Virus record (IMG/VR): IMGVR_UViG_3300021559_000009
Location: 1 to 64,000 of that record
Source: an uncultured virus (IMG/VR IMGVR_UViG_3300021559_000009)
Lineage: Duplodnaviria > Heunggongvirae > Uroviricota > Caudoviricetes
Length of the DNA stretch: 64,000 nt
Strand: one strand, 5' to 3'
Position 1 is the stretch's first letter; every line of letters begins with the position of its first letter. The translations under genes and the position numbers were made by a program. A model generated the notes under the pieces. It saw only the letters and a list, made by a program, of their open reading frames with translations. It did not search any database and was not told the DNA's origin. This document shows, in pieces, positions 35,593 through 44,737 of the stretch.

Positions 35593-35811
35593 TCAACGTG
35601 GCGGAAACAACGTGATATTGCCAAGCACCGGCCACAATAGCCTGACGAGGATCAGGATCGCGACCAGTATGAAAATGACACCGAGGATCGTGAGCACCAT
35701 GTGCGGCAAAGCAAAGCCAAGCGCACCGAGCACCCAGATAATTAAGTAGTAGCAGAGGGCGACGACGCAGAGATAGATCAGCGCGCGGACGACGGCTTCG
35801 AACAGTCCCAT
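35593..35811 (-). CDS. small 2-TM membrane protein (holin/antiholin candidate)
   Basis: Two long hydrophobic segments. Confidence 0.6.
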   Translation of the reverse strand: MGLFEAVVRALIYLCVVALCYYLIIWVLGALGFALPHMVLTILGVIFILVAILILVRLLWPVLGNITLFPPR

Positions 35812-35899
35812 GGCTTTTTCCTTCAGGACAGAGCCCAGATCGCGAACGCTAGCACGAAAGCGCCCAGGATTACCACTAGGGCGATTATTGGGTAGATGG

Positions 35900-36140
35900 T
35901 GGGCCGATCCCGCCTCAGTGGAGAGTCGTCGGAATTCGAGAAGGATAGTTCAAAAGTTTGGGCCAGAGGATGGTCCCCTGGCCCTTAAACTCTCGGCGGT
36001 TGGTTACCGCTAACCTAGCCCTGGTGCAACAGGGCGCAACCTTGGAGGTTTTCAATGCGGCACTTCGACCGCATGTCAGGTAGATAGTCAGCCGGTCGCG
36101 CTCTTGGGGTAACCGCCCTTGGGCGCGGCCCGCTGGCCAC
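35900..36140 (+). ncRNA. candidate structured ncRNA of unknown family
   Basis: Seven consecutive stems; G-U wobbles favour the plus strand. Confidence 0.4.
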
Positions 36141-36303
36141 ATTTGATTCTTTAGCAACATTCGCCCCATCATGCAAGCGCATTCAGGTCGATGAAGCGAG
36201 GGCGTTTTGCTACGCGAAGCAAAAGAATGTGCCGACCGCGAAGGCTGCGCCCGAGGGTGCTGGCGACCACTACCGATTATCGCGAGGACCATCCACTCGC
36301 CTC

Positions 36304-36498
36304 TCATGGCTTTTGCCCCTTGGTCGCGTTCCGCCTCGGCGGACGGTGGTTTGCCCCGCCGGCGGTCGCTTCCAACGGGATAAATCGCCGCCCCAGGTCG
36401 CGGATGCCGTCGCGAATCAGCGGCCAGTGCTCAGACACATTATCCGGCCTGATCTCATCCAGAGCTCGAAGCAAATCCTCGAACGTCCGCCGCGGCAT
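36304..36498 (-). CDS. hypothetical protein
   Basis: ORF in the lysis operon. Confidence 0.45.
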   Translation of the reverse strand: MPRRTFEDLLRALDEIRPDNVSEHWPLIRDGIRDLGRRFIPLEATAGGANHRPPRRNATKGQKP

Positions 36499-36506
36499 AG
36501 TCTAAC

Positions 36507-36719
36507 TCAATGTACAACGGTAACGGGCCAGTAGAAATGACCCAGCAAGATGCCGAGGAACAGGCCAAACAATCCAATACTTAGTGGCCACTTGCTCCCG
36601 ACGTGGGCCATCGTCTCGGATAACGTCCACTGGCGATCCCGATGGTTAATCGCGTACCGTTCAAAAACGGCAAACAAGCCGACCGCGACTGCCAACCAAA
36701 CGATCCACAGCCATGCCAC
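36507..36719 (-). CDS. small 2-TM membrane protein
   Basis: WIVWLAVAVGLFAVFE...TLSE...LLGHFYW. Confidence 0.65.
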   Translation of the reverse strand: MAWLWIVWLAVAVGLFAVFERYAINHRDRQWTLSETMAHVGSKWPLSIGLFGLFLGILLGHFYWPVTVVH

Positions 36720-36731
36720 AGGAAATAGGTC

Positions 36732-37055
36732 CTAGCCAAGCGATTTGATCAGCGCCTCGACCTTGGTCCAAGTCTCGTCGCCCACGATGCCATCAACCTC
36801 TAGCCCGTGCGCCGTCTGAAACGCCCGCACGCGATCCTCGGTGTCCTGCGAGTAAGCCAGCATCGCCTGCACCTGGGCGACCGCGGCGACGGGGTCCTGG
36901 TGCGCCGCGATCGTCGCCATGATGGCCATAAGGTCAGGCCCGGCGCCGGCTGCGAAGCTCATGGCGGCGTCAAGACCGCCGAGCCGCTCGACGATGTCCT
37001 CGATCTCGCCGCGGTTCGAGAACAGGACATCGAAGAAAGCGCCGACGCTGGCCAT
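36732..37055 (-). CDS. peptidoglycan-binding domain protein (PG_binding_1)
   Basis: VRAFQTAHGLEVDGIVGDETW. Confidence 0.85.
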   Translation of the reverse strand: MASVGAFFDVLFSNRGEIEDIVERLGGLDAAMSFAAGAGPDLMAIMATIAAHQDPVAAVAQVQAMLAYSQDTEDRVRAFQTAHGLEVDGIVGDETWTKVEALIKSLG

Positions 37056-37058
37056 TTT

Positions 37059-37286
37059 TTAAGAGGGTTGTACTGGCATCGGCACCGGGATCGACAACGG
37101 CTTAGCGGTTTCTGACAATGCTGGAGCGGCCGTACCTCCAGCAGTGTTGTGATCAAACCAAGCTTGAAAGGCGCTTTCGACCGTATGCGCGGCATCGGAT
37201 GCCATGATTTGCTGGATGGCTTCGACAACCTTCGGGATCGACGCCGAAGCCTGCATGATGATCTGGAACATCGTAAACGGGTTCAT
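37059..37286 (-). CDS. hypothetical protein, lysis region
   Basis: AAGGA SD; amphipathic N-terminus. Confidence 0.55.
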   Translation of the reverse strand: MNPFTMFQIIMQASASIPKVVEAIQQIMASDAAHTVESAFQAWFDHNTAGGTAAPALSETAKPLSIPVPMPVQPS

Positions 37287-37532
37287 TTTTAGGTCCTTTC
37301 ATGCGCGGTCCCGCCGCGCGCGGTTTATCTATTTGTAGCCGTCCCTATCTTCCAGCGGTGCCGTAGTCCGCACGTCGATCACTACTTGGACAACGCTTGC
37401 TCACAGTGACCTCGCCAGACCCAAAATGCGCAATTGTTTGCTTGGCCATTTCCCTGATCGACTTCTCGAAAGCCTTGCAAGCCTCTATGTCGCGTAGGAT
37501 TTCACAGCTCATTTTTGTCCTCCTGATTAAAG

Positions 37533-38711
37533 CTAGATCACCTTGGGCTCAGTGGAAGCTGGCCACCAGTAGCCGAGCAGTCCCATGGTGGAGCCGGATA
37601 TCGGGATGGATTCGATCATCACTTGATCGTTTTCGTTGCCGCCTAGAACATTGATGCGCCCAGTCGCGGCATCGCCGACATAGAAGCCGACGTGTCCCTC
37701 AGTACCGGACGGAGACCCGCGCCAGAACACGGCGATCGCGCCCAGCCGCGGCGTGTCGATCTTGGTAAAGGCTGGAGAGGTCGTAAAGCTGCGTGCCATT
37801 GCGTTAATGCCTGTGAGCGTGATGCCGGCCTTGCGCAACATCGCTCCGGCAAAGATCGCGCACCACGGTTCGCCGTCTGCGCCATAGCCGGCGAGGTCCA
37901 CGTATTTCTGAATGCCGTGATTGTCGGGCAGCTCGTGAAAGCCGATCTCTGCGCGCGCAAGGGTGAGCCATGGAGGTTCGCTTGCCACGCCGGCAGGGAC
38001 CGTCGCAGCGGGTGCGCTCAAGCCCTCGAATGCCCAATCGACACTTCCCTTGCCGTCGATGCCTACGGCGCGCGCGGCTGCGGGTGTCAGGTCGATGCCG
38101 GCCAGGTTGGTGTGACGGCCACCCATGTCGGTGCCGGTCTCGGCTTGGGGCCGTCCGCCGGTCTGCCAATAGGGATCGTGCGTGTTCCAGGGACCGACAT
38201 CGACGATATCGCAGACGGCATCGCCCTTCGGTCCCCAGACATGGACCCGGGGCCGCGTGCCTGGGAAACGATAGGGCAGGGCGACACCCAGCTCAGTATC
38301 ATTGATGACGTGGTTGTCGTAGGCGCTGGTATTGGGGTCGGAGGCGCCACCGAATTCCGTGGCCGTGATGCCGGTCTGGCGATCCGTAGCGGGTTCAGGG
38401 ATAGGCTTGGGCGCTGGAGGCGGCTGCGGAACGCTCACCGGTGGACTCGGCGCAGGCACGACAGGAACTTGCGGGAGCTGTCCGGCGATCAGGGCGTCCT
38501 TTGCACGACTCCCTGCGCTCGACCCAAGCTCATAGCCCAGCGCCCAGCAAAAACCGGCCGTCAGAACGCCGAACACGCCCCCCGTTAGGGTCAACGCGAC
38601 ATCGCCGGAAACGTCAGGCTTGATCCAGCCAGTGAGCAGCAGGTAGCCGAAAACCAGATAGCCAAAGATAACAAGGAATGAAACGATCGCTGTGCGGGTC
38701 CGGTCGCTCAT
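37533..38711 (-). CDS. endolysin fusion: 2-TM holin-like N-terminus + RlpA-like DPBB + TIGR02594/NlpC-P60 (CHAP-like) domain
   Basis: Two TMs then YELGSSAGSRAKD; ATEFGG...VALP...DVGPW...IDLTPAA; PPWLTLARAEIG...PWCAIF...GHVGF...LGGNENDQV. Confidence 0.82.
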   Translation of the reverse strand: MSDRTRTAIVSFLVIFGYLVFGYLLLTGWIKPDVSGDVALTLTGGVFGVLTAGFCWALGYELGSSAGSRAKDALIAGQLPQVPVVPAPSPPVSVPQPPPAPKPIPEPATDRQTGITATEFGGASDPNTSAYDNHVINDTELGVALPYRFPGTRPRVHVWGPKGDAVCDIVDVGPWNTHDPYWQTGGRPQAETGTDMGGRHTNLAGIDLTPAAARAVGIDGKGSVDWAFEGLSAPAATVPAGVASEPPWLTLARAEIGFHELPDNHGIQKYVDLAGYGADGEPWCAIFAGAMLRKAGITLTGINAMARSFTTSPAFTKIDTPRLGAIAVFWRGSPSGTEGHVGFYVGDAATGRINVLGGNENDQVMIESIPISGSTMGLLGYWWPASTEPKVI

Positions 38712-38717
38712 TCCTTT

Positions 38718-40109
38718 TTATGCTCCTATGCAAATCCAGGACGCTGTCGTCGCTGCCGCGCTCACGAACCCTATAGTCAAGGTAGTCGCAGTTACAGTCA
38801 TGTTGGTCGTTACGGGAGCAGCAACAGTGCAAAACGGTATGTTTGCAAACGCGGTGCCAAAATTGAACGAGCAAGTGCTAGCATTGCTGGTAAATGTCGC
38901 GCGTCCAGCAAAATCAGTCGCTCCTGTTCCAAGCGCGAATCCCGCGCAGGTGTTTACGACGGGCACGCTTGTGGAGACGCTAGAGAGATGTCCATTATTG
39001 TCAAACACGAGCGATTGGTTGTTAAGACCGGCAGCGTTGCTTGTGCTAATTTGCACTTTGGTCGGGACGTTGCTCCCGCTCGGCGCCGCGGAGACGATCG
39101 CCTGTATCTGTGCCGCATTGCGCTGAGCGGCGTTCGAGAAGCCGCTGAAATTGACGATGCCGAGCACATCGCTATTGAGAACCGCGCCGCCGCTTCTGTT
39201 CTTTTGGAGATTGTAGGAAGCAGCTGACGCATCGGAAGTCGTATTCTGGTTGACGTGCGCTGGAGTGGCAGTCACGCTTGAGGCGCACGAGACCGTGTTG
39301 TTCGCGTCGATCGTGCAACCGCTCACGGTTGGGGCGCCACCAGCGCCTCCGCCCAACATGACTGCGTTTGCGGTAAGCGCGCCCGACGATGCTAGCGTGT
39401 TAGCGGAGTTGAAATAGGGAACGCCTCCGCTAGTGCCGCCCGTGAGCCCTGTACCGCCAAAACCAACGGCAATGGCGGTTCCTTGCCATACGCCGGTCCC
39501 GATCGTTCCAACGGTCGTGATGTTTCCCTGCACCGCCGCGGGGAGCGTGGACGAGATCGACGGCACGCCTCCGGCCGACGTAACGAGCGCGCCATTGTTG
39601 GCAGTCGCGAGTCCCGACACCACTGCGCCGCTCGCGGCGTACCACGCAAGCTGGTTAATTGTACCGCTGTTGACGCCATTGGTGTTGCCACAGTCCTTGA
39701 GGTCCCCGGTAGTGTCTGAGAAGCACGCGAAGTCGTTGATGGTGACAGGGAGGCCGGTAGTGATAGGCAATCCCTGCGTCACACCATTGAGAGTCCAGGT
39801 GAAACCGCCAGTTGCGCCGCCGAAATTATCAAGCGCGAAACCGCCGCCGGTTCCGGTGACGTTGAAACAAAGGCGGTTGTAGGGACCCGAAAAGAACCCG
39901 CTGAACTGGCATATGCCGAAGCCGCTCGCGGTCGCGTTGAGGCTCGTTGGATTGGCGCCTGCGGGATCGGGCCCGCCATCACCGATGACACCCGTTGTGA
40001 TCCACTTGGTGACGTGACCCGGCGTGACGTTGCCGCTCTGCCGAACTTGCTGCGCGCTCGCGGGGAGAGAGGCGAGGAGAGCGGCTAGAATCGTAAGGAT
40101 TTTTTTCAT
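38718..40109 (-). CDS. tail-fibre-like protein with Sec signal peptide
   Basis: MKKILTILAALLASLPASA; fibre repeats GTINQLAWY and ITTVGTIGTGVWQGTAIAVGFGGTG. Confidence 0.7.
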   Translation of the reverse strand: MKKILTILAALLASLPASAQQVRQSGNVTPGHVTKWITTGVIGDGGPDPAGANPTSLNATASGFGICQFSGFFSGPYNRLCFNVTGTGGGFALDNFGGATGGFTWTLNGVTQGLPITTGLPVTINDFACFSDTTGDLKDCGNTNGVNSGTINQLAWYAASGAVVSGLATANNGALVTSAGGVPSISSTLPAAVQGNITTVGTIGTGVWQGTAIAVGFGGTGLTGGTSGGVPYFNSANTLASSGALTANAVMLGGGAGGAPTVSGCTIDANNTVSCASSVTATPAHVNQNTTSDASAASYNLQKNRSGGAVLNSDVLGIVNFSGFSNAAQRNAAQIQAIVSAAPSGSNVPTKVQISTSNAAGLNNQSLVFDNNGHLSSVSTSVPVVNTCAGFALGTGATDFAGRATFTSNASTCSFNFGTAFANIPFCTVAAPVTTNMTVTATTLTIGFVSAAATTASWICIGA

Positions 40110-40177
40110 GGAAGCCTCTTTTACGCTACCCAAAACTCGTTTACAACTCGCTGGCTAGCAAACAGGAGAACAAGCGC

Positions 40178-40687
40178 ATGCCTTCCACCCTAGAGGATTT
40201 TGTAGACAATTTGGAAAAAAGCCCAAGCTCCATCGAGATGAACCGCCACTTCGACGTATTCGTGGACGCCATGCGCGACGTGCGGCAGCGACTGGAAAAC
40301 CTTGAGCTGGCGCACATCAAGAGCGGAGTTCAGGTGGCGGCGCATGAAACGAAGCTCGTTGACAATGGCGTCGTTATCGCCTCGCTGGAGCGCGATCGGA
40401 CCGATCTCAAGAAGCGCCAGGACGCCATAGAGAGCAAACCGCTTGCTCACGATGACCGGCTCGACGAACTGGAAGCGCGAGTGCGCATAACGGAAGGCGC
40501 CATTGGGGCGCTTGGCGGCAAGATCGATAAACCGCCGGCAAAAACGGAAGCGCATCCAATTGCTCCTGCTCCGGCAAAAAAAGTCGAAGCGCCTCCAACT
40601 GCTCCTGCTCCGACAAAACCGTGGTTTGGGGCCCAGAGCAAAGAACATGAGACCCCGCCCCCGATGGGTGCTCCGGTACCAGCTTAA
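40178..40687 (+). CDS. opposite-strand coiled-coil protein with Pro/Ala-rich tail
   Basis: AGGAG SD; protein-like composition. Confidence 0.7.
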   Translation: MPSTLEDFVDNLEKSPSSIEMNRHFDVFVDAMRDVRQRLENLELAHIKSGVQVAAHETKLVDNGVVIASLERDRTDLKKRQDAIESKPLAHDDRLDELEARVRITEGAIGALGGKIDKPPAKTEAHPIAPAPAKKVEAPPTAPAPTKPWFGAQSKEHETPPPMGAPVPA

Positions 40688-41172
40688 GACAGGTCAATTC
40701 CCACGAGGTAGATATCCGCCGTCGCCGCGACGGGCTGAGCCGTCGTAAGCGCGAACCAAATATTGAGCAGCCCGCCGATCGTCCCGAGGTTCGCCGACGA
40801 GAACCGCGTGCCGCTCCCGAACGCCGCGAGCGTGGCGTTAAGCAGCGCGTTGGCGGTCGTAAGCGTTGAGTACGCCTGCGCAGCTGCCACGATCGGCGTG
40901 CCCGCCTTCGCTGCCTGTGGGTAGAACCCGCCCACGGCTGCCGTTAAACTGAGCGAGGCGTTCGTCACTATGATCCCAGTAAGCGCAAAGGCCGTTACGC
41001 GCTGCGGGATCGCGATCGGCTGGTCACTGGTCGTGTTGAAGTTGGCGCCGCGTAGCGAGGCGAGAACGCGCTGAGCCGCGAGCGCTGCGCCGCCGTCACC
41101 AATGACGCCTGGCGCGACCCACACAGGCAGATGCCCTGGAGTAATGTTGCCGCTTTGCTGGACAAAACCCAT
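40684..41172 (-). CDS. putative virion structural protein
   Basis: N-terminal QQSGNITPGH...GVIGDGG shared with the 38718 gene; beta-rich. Confidence 0.65.
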   Translation of the reverse strand: MGFVQQSGNITPGHLPVWVAPGVIGDGGAALAAQRVLASLRGANFNTTSDQPIAIPQRVTAFALTGIIVTNASLSLTAAVGGFYPQAAKAGTPIVAAAQAYSTLTTANALLNATLAAFGSGTRFSSANLGTIGGLLNIWFALTTAQPVAATADIYLVGIDLS

Positions 41173-41175
41173 CGG

Positions 41176-42276
41176 CTACACCACGACCATGATGCTATCG
41201 TCAGGGCCATACACTCGCACGCGTCTAATGCTCAATGGCCAGTCGCCACCACCTGGCTGGTTGCCGCAGGTGATGTAGAGCGAATAGCCCAGGTAGTCGG
41301 GAGTGTTGGTCACATTCTCACACGACGAAAAAGTGCCGGCTGGAGCCCCAGGCGGGTAGCTCGGTGGCGCCGTGCGGGAGTACGTCAGGCGATTCGGCGC
41401 GAACTCTTTGTCATCAAAATAGCGCTCCATGAACCCCGTGCCGCCTCCGGTAACGGTGTCGATGAGCAAGTGGCCAACCGTGTGCAGGTCCGTACCATCG
41501 AATTTCGGATTGCCAAGGTCGGCGAACGTCGGTTGCGGGAACTGTCCACTCTGCAGAGGTGGATATGTAGTGACACCCTTTGAAAAATCCCCACAATTGA
41601 AACCGATCGACCCGTTCTGTCCGGCCTCGACGGGAAGGCCGGCGAACCGCGTCTGTGGAAAAAACTCCAAGAAATCGATTTCCGTGCCTAGAATACCATT
41701 CCACCAATCGACGCCCCAAAAAGCAGGAAAGCCCGCGCCGCCGCGCGCGAGGCGCTGGTCGAACGTGAACTGAAAATCAATGTACCAAGGCGGACGGAAG
41801 AAACGACCGTGATTGTTGGCTCTAAGCACCGCCATGTTTGCGGCGCTAGCATTCCCCAATGAGCCAGGGAACCAATTGCTGGCCAGCGTTGGCTGGTTAT
41901 TTTGATAGTACGCGCCGGGTCGCGCCTGGGCGATCCGAAGGATGCCGTTGCTGACCGACAACGCGCTCGCAGGAATGTTCGGGATCAGGCCATAAGCAGG
42001 GTTTTCTCCCGGCTGCCCAATGTAGCTGTTGGCAACCCACCAGTCCGTTGTCGCGGTCGAGGTGTTGGCGTTGTTGATGTCGATGCGCGACAGGTCGGTG
42101 AATGGACCAGACTGAAACACAAGTTTCGGCAGGCCGTGGGCAACCGCCTGCAGTGGAGGCGTCGCATCGAGCGCGACTTGCATGGGGTCGAGGATCGCTT
42201 TCAGCGCGTCATCTGACGCGCCGATGCTTGTTCGTATCTGCTGCAAGGCTGCAAGCGTGGCAGGTTGGATGCTCAT
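41176..42276 (-). CDS. GH16-like (ConA fold) glycoside hydrolase
   Basis: GFPAFW...TEIDFLE (ExDxxE), HTVG, RYFDD, WPLSIRRVRVY. Confidence 0.7.
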   Translation of the reverse strand: MSIQPATLAALQQIRTSIGASDDALKAILDPMQVALDATPPLQAVAHGLPKLVFQSGPFTDLSRIDINNANTSTATTDWWVANSYIGQPGENPAYGLIPNIPASALSVSNGILRIAQARPGAYYQNNQPTLASNWFPGSLGNASAANMAVLRANNHGRFFRPPWYIDFQFTFDQRLARGGAGFPAFWGVDWWNGILGTEIDFLEFFPQTRFAGLPVEAGQNGSIGFNCGDFSKGVTTYPPLQSGQFPQPTFADLGNPKFDGTDLHTVGHLLIDTVTGGGTGFMERYFDDKEFAPNRLTYSRTAPPSYPPGAPAGTFSSCENVTNTPDYLGYSLYITCGNQPGGGDWPLSIRRVRVYGPDDSIMVVV

Positions 42277-42289
42277 GGTGAGCACCTCC

Positions 42290-44737
42290 CTACGCGGTTA
42301 CAGGAGGGGCATTGCCGGGCGACGAGTTCCAGCCTGACGCAGTCGAGACGTACCAATTGCCCTGGTTGTTCTTGGTCCACACGATGCCGATTTTGTCGAT
42401 CGTGAGCGAGGCACCGCTTCCATTGGCGAACGGCACGTTGTCCCGGAGAATGACGAAGCCGTAGGGAGCCGTAGCGCCAAGCGACCAGACGTGGCCCGCA
42501 GCATCCGTTATGGTCGCACCGCCTACAGGCGTCGTGCCACTGATCGTAGTCCCAGGAGGAGACGTAGTTCCCGGAGGGAGTCCCGCTGCGTTGGCGAGGA
42601 TTGCAGCGAACTGCGTCAAGGCGCTCTGGATTTGCCCGTAAACGCTTTGTAGCTGCGCGAGCGTCGTCGGGTCTATGATGGCGGCCATGTTGATCCCCTT
42701 GATGTGGATGCCCGTCTTGCAGTTCTCGATTGTAACACGAGCGAACCTGACATCGGTAGCCCCAGCCGGCAAATCGACTAGCAGCGTCGGATGCGTAGCG
42801 CGCGACTGCGCCAACGCGGCGCGTATCTGGTCATCAGTCGCCACCACGGCGTCTGCGATGGGCGTCGAGCCGTTGGTCGTACCGTAGAGGCGGTTCTCCA
42901 GCGTCCCAGCCCCCGCAGCGTATGGGACCGTAGTGAACGCCGACAGGAAGCTGCACCCGCCCACGAACATGGCGTAATTGGCAGCCCCGCCCAACGTCGT
43001 GCTCAAAACCTCGGCAGGACCAGAGACCGCGACGGCCCCGGCTGATTGCATGTTATGAACGCAGCCCTCGACCGTAACTTGGCTTGCACCCATCACCGAC
43101 ACCAGGACCGGATTGATAGCGCTACCTGTAGGCGTGTCGTTCCACATGTCACGCACGACGACGTTTGCGCTGTCGGCCAACACGTTAGTCACGTTGAGGT
43201 CGGCAGAGCCGGCGAGCATCGCCATCAGTGATGCAACGCCACCTTCAATCTGGGCGCCAACGGCGCAATTTTCAAAGTTGAAATCCCGCAACTCGACGAG
43301 CGCGAAGTTCACACCATCGACGAAGATGCCAGCGGCGCTCGCTGCGATGAAGATCGGCTCTTGCAAGAGGACGCGGCCAGAAAATGCGTCCTCAATCGTT
43401 ATCGCCGTATCAGCGGCATTCTTGACGTGCAAGCCGCTCAACGTGACGCGTGATCGCCCTTGAATGTCGATGCCGATCCCCGGCGTGTTACCGCAATCGA
43501 TGATCGTATTCGGCCACCCATCGCCGATGATCTGTACATCGCACACCGGCACCGTGATCGGCTTGCGCAGCGCGAGCGTCCCGACCGGGATGTGCACGAC
43601 TGGCTTGCTGCCATTGAGCGCGGCGGCTTGCGTGATAGCGGCTTGGAGCGCGGTGCCGTCGTCCGTGATCGGCACCTCGAAGACCTGACGGCTCGTCAAC
43701 AGGGGCGTAGGCGGCAACACCGGCATCAATGGCAACGTCAGCGAGGACACAACCGCGTCATCGACGGATCGCAACCGACTGGCTATCGGCGATACCGTGT
43801 ATTTGTTGCCGACAGAGATGATGTCGCCGCCGTTGGACGAGGTCACAGTGACGGGGCCGGCAATGGTGCTGTCCGTAATCAGCAATGGACCGCCGTTGCC
43901 CATGTAGATGCCGCTGTCGGCGACGCAGTTCTGAACCCGCGTCTGAGCGGCGTTTGTGTAATAGAAGACCTCGTTGATGAACTGCCGCGAGCCTTTTGAA
44001 TAACAATCCCGAAAATTGAAATTCCCGGTATTGCCGATCTGGATATCGGCAAATGTCGAACCGAGGAATTGGCAGCCATAAGCGTGAAACATGCCCGCGC
44101 CACCGGCCGCAATGTTGTCCTGCGGAGTATTGGCAATGCCAGTTCGGCAATTCACGAACTCGCAGAACCAATGCCACCAGTCCAAGCAATTGCCATTTAG
44201 TAGCAGGACGCCATTCTTGAGGCCGAGGAACTTACACCGCAGGACTGTACTCTCGGCCTCGCCAATGCCCGCATCACCCGCCCTGATGCCTATCGAGGCG
44301 TTCTGAAATACCAGATCAGCGTATTCGTTGCCAGTACCAAACTGGCGCGGTGGTCCGCCAACGAGCGCATTCTGATCCACCAGAATGGTCGTATTGCGGC
44401 CCCCATCCAGCGTCAGCCGACCAAGTCGCCCGTAGGCGCAACCGTCAAGATGCAGCAGCGTGCCGTCAGCGGCGCCGCCCCACTTGATGGTTGTGGTCGC
44501 GGGATCGGCTCCGATGATGCCCGCCCCGAGACCACCGAGCAGCGTGACGGTCTGGGTGACGAGGTAAGTCCCGGACGGGATAAACAGGTTGCGCGGTCTG
44601 CCAGTCGCCGTGAGATCGCTCACCGCCGCCTGCAAAGCGGCGGTGTCGTCGGATATGCCGTCTCCCTTTGCGCCGTAATCACGCTTGAGGTTGGACCAAC
44701 TGGCGAAAGGACCGACGAACTCTTCCTGCGCACCCAT
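42290..44737 (-). CDS. beta-helix tailspike/depolymerase (pectate lyase 3 / GH55-like, two helix units)
   Basis: YGAKGDGISDDTAALQAAV...LFIPSGTY; second unit DDGTALQAAI...VHIPVGT. Confidence 0.82.
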   Translation of the reverse strand: MGAQEEFVGPFASWSNLKRDYGAKGDGISDDTAALQAAVSDLTATGRPRNLFIPSGTYLVTQTVTLLGGLGAGIIGADPATTTIKWGGAADGTLLHLDGCAYGRLGRLTLDGGRNTTILVDQNALVGGPPRQFGTGNEYADLVFQNASIGIRAGDAGIGEAESTVLRCKFLGLKNGVLLLNGNCLDWWHWFCEFVNCRTGIANTPQDNIAAGGAGMFHAYGCQFLGSTFADIQIGNTGNFNFRDCYSKGSRQFINEVFYYTNAAQTRVQNCVADSGIYMGNGGPLLITDSTIAGPVTVTSSNGGDIISVGNKYTVSPIASRLRSVDDAVVSSLTLPLMPVLPPTPLLTSRQVFEVPITDDGTALQAAITQAAALNGSKPVVHIPVGTLALRKPITVPVCDVQIIGDGWPNTIIDCGNTPGIGIDIQGRSRVTLSGLHVKNAADTAITIEDAFSGRVLLQEPIFIAASAAGIFVDGVNFALVELRDFNFENCAVGAQIEGGVASLMAMLAGSADLNVTNVLADSANVVVRDMWNDTPTGSAINPVLVSVMGASQVTVEGCVHNMQSAGAVAVSGPAEVLSTTLGGAANYAMFVGGCSFLSAFTTVPYAAGAGTLENRLYGTTNGSTPIADAVVATDDQIRAALAQSRATHPTLLVDLPAGATDVRFARVTIENCKTGIHIKGINMAAIIDPTTLAQLQSVYGQIQSALTQFAAILANAAGLPPGTTSPPGTTISGTTPVGGATITDAAGHVWSLGATAPYGFVILRDNVPFANGSGASLTIDKIGIVWTKNNQGNWYVSTASGWNSSPGNAPPVTA

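Noticed and set aside
35915..36307. 130-aa minus-strand ORF
   Set aside because: Not protein-like; it overlaps the dense hairpin region better explained as structured RNA.
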